A stretch of DNA of 64,000 nucleotides from an uncultured Eubacteriales bacterium (GTDB lineage Bacteria > Bacillota > Clostridia > Christensenellales > CAG-138): assembly GCA_900549955.1 (NCBI GenBank), contig URQH01000002.1, positions 70,953 through 134,952 on the forward strand, given 5' to 3'. The translations under genes and the position numbers were made by a program. Position 1 is the first letter of the stretch, and each line of letters opens with the position of its first letter. The notes beneath the pieces are model-generated. The model had not been told where the DNA came from and searched no databases. It saw only the letters and a list, made by a program, of their open reading frames with translations. Below are positions 58,277 through 64,000 of this stretch, piece after piece.

Positions 58277-58305
58277 TTGGCAAACGATGTGTCACATGCT
58301 ATGCT
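58277..58305 (+). promoter_or_regulatory. Candidate sigmaA promoter (TTGGCA-17-TATGCT with a TGc extension) upstream of the Spo0A_C-like gene
   Basis: TTGGCA aacgatgtgtcacatgc TATGCT. Confidence 0.45.
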
Positions 58306-58422
58306 GTTTTTGCTTAGAAAAACAGGCCTATCGGTTCCAGTCCGGGCGCGGTTCGGCCGCCACAGTTCCCGGCGGCAAAACGGCCGCATGCACCGCCGCC
58401 GGTTTCTTTCTTTTCTGTTTCC
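58306..58422 (+). ncRNA. Structured 5' leader ending in an intrinsic terminator (candidate riboswitch / attenuator; class unknown)
   Basis: Hairpin CTGTTTTT-gcttag-AAAAACAG (58304-58325). GC-rich segment. Terminator CCGGCGGC...GCCGCCGG (58369-58402) followed by TTTCTTTCTTTTCTGTTTCC. The upstream GGCCGCC (58355-58361) can pair with GGCGGC (58371-58376) as an alternative anti-terminator helix. Confidence 0.4.
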
Positions 58423-58453
58423 TATTTTTCTATTTGACATGGAGGTGTGTTTC

Positions 58454-58819
58454 GTGTTCCGCATTGAGCGTCTGTTGTTAAATCTCGGCGCCCGCCCGGA
58501 TCACCGCGGGTATGACCAGACCGTCATTGCGCTCGGCGTATTGCTGTCCAACCCTGCCGAGCGCAGCGTCCAACATATCTATCAGCGCGCAGGCGCCATT
58601 TGCGGCCTTTCTCCGTTCAAGATCAACGAAGGTGTGCGGCAGACGGTTGCGGACATCTGGAAGCATCAGCGAGAGAATCCCCATCTCCCGCTACGGCTGA
58701 ACCATCGGGTGCTGTCCCGCTACCAGCCCAGCAACAAGGTGTTCCTGTACACCGTGGCTACGCAGCTGCGCATTGCCGGCTATGACATGCCCTTTGGGTT
58801 CCAACCAAACGATCAGTAA
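58454..58819 (+). CDS. Stand-alone Spo0A C-terminal (Spo0A_C) DNA-binding-domain protein, no receiver domain
   Basis: Aligns by eye with the B. subtilis Spo0A effector domain: [24 protein letters not shown] vs [38 protein letters not shown] vs [31 protein letters not shown] vs KPTNSEFIAMVADKLRL. GTG at 58454 is 8 nt after GGAGG. The alternative ATG is at 58439. Confidence 0.7.
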   Translation: [121 protein letters not shown]

Positions 58820-58844
58820 CTGATCGCAACAGCGTTACGGCGCA

Positions 58845-58870
58845 GAAAAAAGGGCGCCCTATGGCCCCCT
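58845..58870. terminator. Shared terminator hairpin between the Spo0A_C-like gene and sigE
   Basis: AGGGCGCC ctat GGCCCCCT (one mismatch), with a T6 run on the minus-strand side. Confidence 0.5.
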
Positions 58871-58893
58871 TCTTCATCGGCAATATTTTATCC

Positions 58894-59607
58894 TTACTGC
58901 ATGCGTACCATTTCTTTGTGCAGGCGCTTGATGATGCGCTTTTCGAGCCTGGAAATATAACTTTGGGAGATCCCCAGCAGATCCGCCACCTGTTTTTGCG
59001 TGCACTCCGGCTGGTTGTTCAGCCCAAAGCGCAGTTCCACAATGCGCTTTTCCCGCGGGGACAGCTTCTGCAGCGCCTTTTGCAGCAGCTCCCGGTCTAC
59101 CTCATCCTCCAAATCCCGGCTAATGATGTCCGACTCCGTGCCCAGGATGTCCGAGAGCAACAGTTCGTTGCCATCCCAGTCCACGTTGAGCGGCTCATCA
59201 AACGAAACCTCCAGCTTAAGCCGGTTGGCGCGGCGCAAGTGCATGAGGATTTCATTTTCGATGCAGCGCGACGCATAGGTCGCGAGTTTGATCTTCTTGT
59301 CCGGATCAAACGTATTGACCGCCTTGATGAGCCCGATTGTGCCGATGGAAATGAGATCCTCGATGCCCACCCCGGTGTTTTCAAACTTCCTGGCGATGTA
59401 CACGACCAGGCGCAGGTTGTGTTCAATCAATGCGTTCCTCGCCGTCTGTTCTCCCTCCTTCAGGCGCATGATCCAGGCCTGTTCCTCCTCCGCCGGAAAC
59501 GGAGCCGGCAGCGTCTCCCCCGAATGGATGTACAGCACCGGCTTGCGCCGCCGCCGGAGGAGCCGCAGATACCGCAGCCTGCACCACGTCCATATGCGTT
59601 TGAACAT
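58894..59607 (-). CDS. sigE: Sporulation sigma factor E precursor (pro-sigmaE)
   Basis: Near-colinear with B. subtilis SigE: [97 protein letters not shown]. The pro-sequence [17 protein letters not shown] is present. ATG at 59607 is preceded by GGAAGGAGAG. Confidence 0.95.
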   Translation of the reverse strand: MFKRIWTWCRLRYLRLLRRRRKPVLYIHSGETLPAPFPAEEEQAWIMRLKEGEQTARNALIEHNLRLVVYIARKFENTGVGIEDLISIGTIGLIKAVNTFDPDKKIKLATYASRCIENEILMHLRRANRLKLEVSFDEPLNVDWDGNELLLSDILGTESDIISRDLEDEVDRELLQKALQKLSPREKRIVELRFGLNNQPECTQKQVADLLGISQSYISRLEKRIIKRLHKEMVRMQ

Positions 59608-60388
59608 CCGTATCTCTCCTTCCCTTCGGCAGCAGGGCGCTGTCAATGATCGCCTGCGTGCCGTTGATCCGCGTGTCCGATGCCGCTACCAGCGCGTCAA
59701 TGGCGTGCCAGCCGCCCACATAGGCCTGCAACAGCCGCGGCTGTATCGCATAGAGGAAACCTTCTCCGCCGAGCGTGGCATAGGGAACGGGACGCCCGCC
59801 CCCGCAATCCGGCAGCAGCGACCGGTCCAATATGACGACCGGTTTGCCAGTGAGCGGCTCGGTGAGCAGGTTGCCACTGTCCGCCAGCGCCTGCACCAGA
59901 AGCGTCCGGTCCTGCAACACCACGCGCAGCAGCACGTGCCGGCTGCGGTTGCGAATGGCAGCCGTCAGGCTGCGCACGAGTCGCGGCGCAACCAGCGCCG
60001 CCACCGCGCCAAGCAGCGCAGCGCGGAGTGGGACCGTGCCCATCAGCACGCCGCCCGCAAGCGACCCGCCCAGCAACATGCAGAGCGCAAACAGCAGCCC
60101 GCCGAGAAAACAGGCGGCGACGAACAGCGCCACTATCGCGCGCGGCAGATCGCGTGGCGCGTGCACGAGCGGCAGCGACGCGGCGACGCACAGCGCCAGC
60201 TTGCAGGGCAGCCGGTTGAGCACGGGCAGCGCCGTCAGCGAGAGCAGCGCATACGCGGCGCCGAGCAGCGCCGCGGCAAGGGACAGCCACGGCCGCAGCC
60301 GGAGGCCGCCGATGGCGGCGGCCAGCCGCAGCATCAGCCAGTCCATGAGCAGGTTGTCGAGCAAAAACAGCTCCGCCGACACTTCCAT
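59423..60388 (-). CDS. spoIIGA: Sigma-E processing peptidase SpoIIGA
   Basis: Five N-terminal TM helices and the aspartic-protease motif ALADSGN, immediately upstream of sigE. ATG at 60388, or the GTG at 60397 overlapping the spoIIE stop. The frame has no stop until 59423, 185 nt inside sigE. Confidence 0.85.
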   Translation of the reverse strand: MEVSAELFLLDNLLMDWLMLRLAAAIGGLRLRPWLSLAAALLGAAYALLSLTALPVLNRLPCKLALCVAASLPLVHAPRDLPRAIVALFVAACFLGGLLFALCMLLGGSLAGGVLMGTVPLRAALLGAVAALVAPRLVRSLTAAIRNRSRHVLLRVVLQDRTLLVQALADSGNLLTEPLTGKPVVILDRSLLPDCGGGRPVPYATLGGEGFLYAIQPRLLQAYVGGWHAIDALVAASDTRINGTQAIIDSALLPKGRRDTDVQTHMDVVQAAVSAAPPAAAQAGAVHPFGGDAAGSVSGGGGTGLDHAPEGGRTDGEERID

Positions 60389-60393
60389 GCCAT

Positions 60394-62679
60394 TCACGCA
60401 ATCTGGATGACCATGACGGTCATATCGTCCTCTGCCCCGGCGGCCAGCGCCGTCTCCAACAGCCGGTCTGCGGCCGTCTGACTGTCCGGCGCATCGTCCA
60501 GCGCCTCGCAGATCGCCTGCTGCGTGCGGTCGCCCAGCGCGTCCAGCGCCCCATCGGAAAACATGATGATCGCATCGTTTTTGCGGATACGCGCCCGCTG
60601 GACGGCGGGCGTCGCCTCGTCGACGATGCCGGCGGGCAGCGCCTCCGCCGAAACGGTGTGCAGGCAGTCCGCCCGATAGACGAAGGTGGGCGGCGCGCCG
60701 CACTTGATGAACTCCGCCTGCCCGCTGCGCAGGTTCAGATACAGCGCATCGAGCGTGGCATACATGTCCTGTTCCCGCTTGAGCAGCAGCCGGTTGACGC
60801 TCTCGAGCGCAACGTCGCGCGAAAACCCGCTGGCATACAGGTCAAACAGCAGCCGGATGGCCGCCTGGCTCTCGCTACGGGCCGATTCCCCCGCCCCCAT
60901 GCCGTCGCTGATGGCATAGAGCACGCGCCCGAGCGGCAGGCGGCGCTCGCCCGTGCTGTCCCCGCTCACGCCGCTGCGGCTGATGGGTGCGCTGGCCGTG
61001 CCCATCATGGCGCGCAGAGGTTGCGCCTCCTCCAGCACCAGCAGCCCCTGCCGCCCCTCCTTGCGGGCAGACAGCACGGAGACCGGCCGCCGGATTGCGG
61101 CGCGTACCGCCTCGCAGACCGGCAGCGGCTGGTCCACATAGGTCGCGGAGACGCGCACATCGAGCCGGAGCTTGCCGTGCGGGAACGAGGCGTCCACGCC
61201 GAGGACGCGGATGCCATGCCGGTCCAGGCTCTGCGCCACGCCGCGTTCCAGGTCCTCGTCCAGCCAGCACTCCTCGCTGACGCGCTGCGCCAGCGTATCG
61301 ATGACGTCGCAGATCCCGACGAGCTGCCGGTTGACAAACTGATACTGCCGCGCCGTCTGCTGCCGCAGGGCAGACTGCACGAGATACTGGTTCTGCGCCT
61401 GCCACGCCGCGGCCGCCATCTGCGGCATGTGCTTGCAGGAGGGATCAAACGGCCTGCGGATGCGGATGCGCTCGCCCCGCTCGTGCGCCTGCAGCATGGC
61501 GGAGACGGCCTGCGCCGCCAGGCGCGGGTCGCGCCAGCACATCTTGCGCAGCGAGCAGTCCATGCACACGCTCGCGGCGGCCTGCGCCGTCCACTGCATC
61601 TGCGCATCCGCCGGCTCGCGCTGTTCCCCCGGCACCTCGAACAGCCGCGCCACTTCCCGGCAGACGCCCACGGTCTGCCGGATGTCCCGCGCGGTGTGCT
61701 CTTTCATGCGCTTCATGGCCTTTTCGGAAAAGCGCTCCCGGTTCTTGTCTGCATCCAGATATGCGCACAGCGCCAGCAGCTGGGTGCGCGGGATGAGCAA
61801 AAAGATGGCGCCGGACACGGCCAGGTTCAGCAGGTTGATCGTGTGCGACGCCGTGTAGACATAGGTGCCGGCCACCAGGCTGCACGCGAGGAACCCGCCG
61901 AACACGCCGATGGTGTCCATGCGTCGCATCAGCGAGCCGGCCAGCGTGCAGGCGGCAAGGCTGCCGACAAACATCAGCGTAAAATCGCCCCCGACCGTGA
62001 GCACGACGCCGAGCGCCACCGAGACGGCCACGCCGCTGACGCCCCGCGCCAGCGCGGCGATCATGGCGAACACGAGCAGCAGCACCACCGGCAGGGAAAA
62101 GCCAAACGCCTGCACATCCGTGACGGCCAGCAGCAAAATGCCAAAGGACAGGCTGATGCTGACCTGTTCCGCATCCGACAGGACGTGCCGGTTGCCCAGC
62201 GCCCGTAGCGTGCGCAGGGCGCTCTGCATCGCCAGCGCGGAAAACTCGCACAGGCCGATGTTGATAAGCGCGCGCAGCAGCGTGGGCACGTCGCCGGCAT
62301 AAAAGATGGGCAGCAGCGCCGCCTGCGCCAGGAACAGCAGGAACAGCTGATCCAGCTTGGCGCTTTTCCTGCTCCAGCAATTCCAGAGCAGGTGCATGAC
62401 ATAGTACAGCACGCACGCGCACACGGCCGGGTACTGCGGCTCCGCCTGCAGCAGTATTTCGCCAAAGACCGCGCCGGCCAGCGCATAGTGCGCATTGCAG
62501 CCGGAGATGGCGGCCGCGGCTAAAAATGCGAGGCCAAACGGCGCGATGTCGCCCGCAATGCAGATGCGCCCCAGCAACAGCGCGACAAAAAAGATCAGCA
62601 ATTCGCCGAGAAACGCACGCCGCTTGACATACTGCAAAAAGCGGTTCTGTTTTTCTTCTACCCTGGTCGTCTGCGTCAT
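60394..62679 (-). CDS. spoIIE: Stage II sporulation protein E (polytopic membrane PP2C phosphatase)
   Basis: About 10 TM helices, then a central domain and C-terminal PP2C (ISDGMGAG, MYATLDALYLNL, IIMFSDGALD, DDMTVMVIQI). ATG at 62679. The N-terminal 174 aa of the track ORF is shadow sequence. Confidence 0.9.
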   Translation of the reverse strand: MTQTTRVEEKQNRFLQYVKRRAFLGELLIFFVALLLGRICIAGDIAPFGLAFLAAAAISGCNAHYALAGAVFGEILLQAEPQYPAVCACVLYYVMHLLWNCWSRKSAKLDQLFLLFLAQAALLPIFYAGDVPTLLRALINIGLCEFSALAMQSALRTLRALGNRHVLSDAEQVSISLSFGILLLAVTDVQAFGFSLPVVLLLVFAMIAALARGVSGVAVSVALGVVLTVGGDFTLMFVGSLAACTLAGSLMRRMDTIGVFGGFLACSLVAGTYVYTASHTINLLNLAVSGAIFLLIPRTQLLALCAYLDADKNRERFSEKAMKRMKEHTARDIRQTVGVCREVARLFEVPGEQREPADAQMQWTAQAAASVCMDCSLRKMCWRDPRLAAQAVSAMLQAHERGERIRIRRPFDPSCKHMPQMAAAAWQAQNQYLVQSALRQQTARQYQFVNRQLVGICDVIDTLAQRVSEECWLDEDLERGVAQSLDRHGIRVLGVDASFPHGKLRLDVRVSATYVDQPLPVCEAVRAAIRRPVSVLSARKEGRQGLLVLEEAQPLRAMMGTASAPISRSGVSGDSTGERRLPLGRVLYAISDGMGAGESARSESQAAIRLLFDLYASGFSRDVALESVNRLLLKREQDMYATLDALYLNLRSGQAEFIKCGAPPTFVYRADCLHTVSAEALPAGIVDEATPAVQRARIRKNDAIIMFSDGALDALGDRTQQAICEALDDAPDSQTAADRLLETALAAGAEDDMTVMVIQIA

Positions 62680-62701
62680 ATGCTCTCCATTCCCTGCTGC
62701 T

Positions 62702-62778
62702 ATTATAGGGATGTGAGCTTGTCGAAACATTCGGATTGCGCACAGGCCCAGGGCGCTTTTCTCCCCGCCAATTCGACA
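62702..62778 (-). promoter_or_regulatory. spoIIE promoter region: perfect TATAAT plus two perfect Spo0A (0A) boxes
   Basis: Minus strand reads TTGTCGAA (62772-62778) ...53 nt... TTCGACA (62720-62726) -12 nt- TATAAT (62702-62707), then RBS and ATG. TGTCGAA is the canonical 0A box. A one-mismatch copy, GGTCGAA, lies at 62848-62854. Confidence 0.6.
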
Positions 62779-62863
62779 ACCCTTTCGGGGCATCCGGCCC
62801 GTCCGGGCGACATTCGCGCATCGGCGCGCCGCCATTGCCACAAAACCGGTCGAACGCGTCCGC

Positions 62864-62892
62864 TTGCAGCAAACGGCCGGGTGTGCTACACT
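62864..62892 (+). promoter_or_regulatory. Candidate sigmaA promoter for dapL (TTGCAG-17-TACACT)
   Basis: TTGCAG caaacggccgggtgtgc TACACT, about 35 nt upstream of the ATG. Confidence 0.4.
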
Positions 62893-62928
62893 CTTAGTTG
62901 TCACATTTGCGATCTGAGGAGGTTTGGC

Positions 62929-64000
62929 ATGTTTACAGCCAATGGCGACTACAGCCTGTTGCAGGGCAACTACCTGTTTTCTGAAGTGGGCAGACGCGCG
63001 GCCGCGTTCCAGGCGGCGCACCCGGAGGCGGACATCATCCGCATGGGCATCGGCGACGTCACGCGTCCGCTCGTGCCGGCCGTCATCGCCGCCATGCATG
63101 CGGCGGTCGAGGAAATGGGCGCGGCCGAGACCTTCCATGGATACGGCCCGGATCACGGTTACGAGTTCCTGCGCGAGGCCATTCAAAAGCGGGACTATCA
63201 AAGCCGCGGCATCGACGTTTCCACCGAGGAAATCTTTGTATCGGACGGCGCCAAGTGCGACGTGGGCAACATCCAGGAGCTGTTTTCGCGCGATTGCATC
63301 GTCGCGGTCACGGACCCCGTCTATCCGGTCTACGTGGACACCAACGTCATGTCCGGCCGCGGCGGGCGCTATATCGACGGCGGGTATGAGCGCATCGTCT
63401 ACCTGCCATGCACGGCGGAAAACGGCTTCATGCCGGAAATGCCCCGGGAGGCGGTGGACGTCATGTACCTCTGCTATCCGAACAACCCGACGGGCGCCAT
63501 GCTCACCCGCGCGCAGCTGCAGGAGATCGTCCGGTATGCCCAGAAAAACGGGGTGCTGCTGCTATACGACTCCGCCTACGAAGCCTACATCGGCGAGCCC
63601 GACAAGCCGCACAGCATCTATGAGATCGACGGCGCGCGCGAATGCGCCATCGAGTTCCGCTCCATGAGCAAGACGGCCGGATTCACCGGCACGCGCTGCG
63701 CCTACACGGTCGTCCCCAAGTCGCTGCAGTACCGCGACACATTCGGCAACACGGTCTCGCTCAACGCCATGTGGGGCCGCCGCATGGCCACCAAGTTCAA
63801 CGGCGTCTCCTACATCACGCAGCGCGGCGCCGCCGCCGCCTATTCCGACGAGGGCTACGCGCAGCTCAAGTCCGTCATCGCCGACTACATGGAAAACGCC
63901 CGCATCATCCGCGAGGGGCTCCAGTCGGCCGGCTACACCGTGTATGGCGGCGTGAACGCGCCCTACATCTGGCTCCGCGTGCCGCACGGCGACAGCTGGC
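62929..64000 (+). CDS. dapL: LL-diaminopimelate aminotransferase (DapL); the 3' end lies beyond the window
   Basis: My own translation from the ATG at 62929 (RBS GAGGAGG): MFTANGDYSLLQGNYLFSEVGRR...IRMGIGDVT...CYPNNPTGA...FRSMSKTAGFTGTRC...NGVSYITQRGA. Open to the window end. It is not in the ORF track; track ORF 62924..63667 is in a different, spurious frame. Confidence 0.9.
   Translation, partial: MFTANGDYSLLQGNYLFSEVGRRAAAFQAAHPEADIIRMGIGDVTRPLVPAVIAAMHAAVEEMGAAETFHGYGPDHGYEFLREAIQKRDYQSRGIDVSTEEIFVSDGAKCDVGNIQELFSRDCIVAVTDPVYPVYVDTNVMSGRGGRYIDGGYERIVYLPCTAENGFMPEMPREAVDVMYLCYPNNPTGAMLTRAQLQEIVRYAQKNGVLLLYDSAYEAYIGEPDKPHSIYEIDGARECAIEFRSMSKTAGFTGTRCAYTVVPKSLQYRDTFGNTVSLNAMWGRRMATKFNGVSYITQRGAAAAYSDEGYAQLKSVIADYMENARIIREGLQSAGYTVYGGVNAPYIWLRVPHGDSW

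Noticed and set aside
58306-58422. Tried to assign the leader to a known riboswitch class (ykkC/guanidine-ppGpp-PRPP, c-di-GMP-I/II, ZTP, preQ1)
   Set aside because: There are only loose fragments (CTATCGGTTCCAG, GTCCGGG) and none of the invariant cores (e.g. ACGCAAAGCC, GGGATAAAAGCCCGGGAGA, CCGCCTGGG). It is left as class unknown.
58269-58481. Cys-rich 70-aa ORF (MRPWQTMCHMLCCFCLEK...) in the same gap; possible leader peptide or RiPP precursor
   Set aside because: Its start lies upstream of or within the predicted promoter. It has no RBS. It spans the terminator and the real gene's start. It is more likely a by-product of the T/C-rich terminator tail.
62924-63667. 247-aa plus-strand ORF offered by the track at the dapL locus
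   Set aside because: Wrong frame. The frame starting at the ATG at 62929 gives a textbook LL-DAP aminotransferase (NNPTG, SKTAGFTG) and stays open to the window end.

Overview
This is a visibly GC-rich chromosomal core segment from an endospore-forming Firmicute. It looks like the Clostridia / Oscillospirales type; the taxon is inferred from gene content only, and GC was not computed. I support about 60 protein genes, mostly on the minus strand, plus one operon of 8 tRNAs.

The supplied ORF track gives the longest ATG/GTG/TTG ORFs. I trimmed many starts to the codon that has a Shine-Dalgarno site and matches the N-terminus expected for the family. Two genes run off the window edges and are missing from the track: a surface protein at 1..1941 (-) and dapL at 62929..64000 (+).

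Gene content by theme:
- Translation and RNA: tyrS, rpmE, rho, rplU-prp-rpmA, RNase G/E, tgt, queA, tsaE-tsaB-rimI.
- Replication and transcription: dGTPase-dnaG-sigA, mutS2.
- Sporulation: yabP-yabQ-divIC, spoIVFA-spoIVFB, spoIIE-spoIIGA-sigE, a NodB-type deacetylase, and a stand-alone Spo0A_C-like protein.
- c-di-AMP: cdaA-cdaR.
- Two two-component systems, one of them coupled to htrA.
- A seven-gene selenium-handling cluster: DUF3343, yedF, yedE, a class-V lyase, selD, yqeB, yqeC.

I see no CRISPR array, transposase, integrase, prophage block, toxin-antitoxin pair or recognisable defence system. This is ordinary core genome, not an accessory island.

Items most worth a second look:
1. A promoter, structured leader and intrinsic terminator in front of the stand-alone Spo0A_C-like gene.
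2. A Q/G/Y-rich prion-like insertion in Rho.
3. spoIIE-spoIIGA-sigE packed as one apparently coupled unit behind perfect Spo0A boxes, with the spoIIGA frame running 185 nt into sigE.
4. The selD/yqeB/yqeC/yedE/yedF selenium cluster.
5. Tandem membrane-anchored beta-propeller paralogs.
6. A Tim44-like membrane protein with an Asp-Trp repeat.

All functional calls come from by-eye motif and family recognition. No database search was run.
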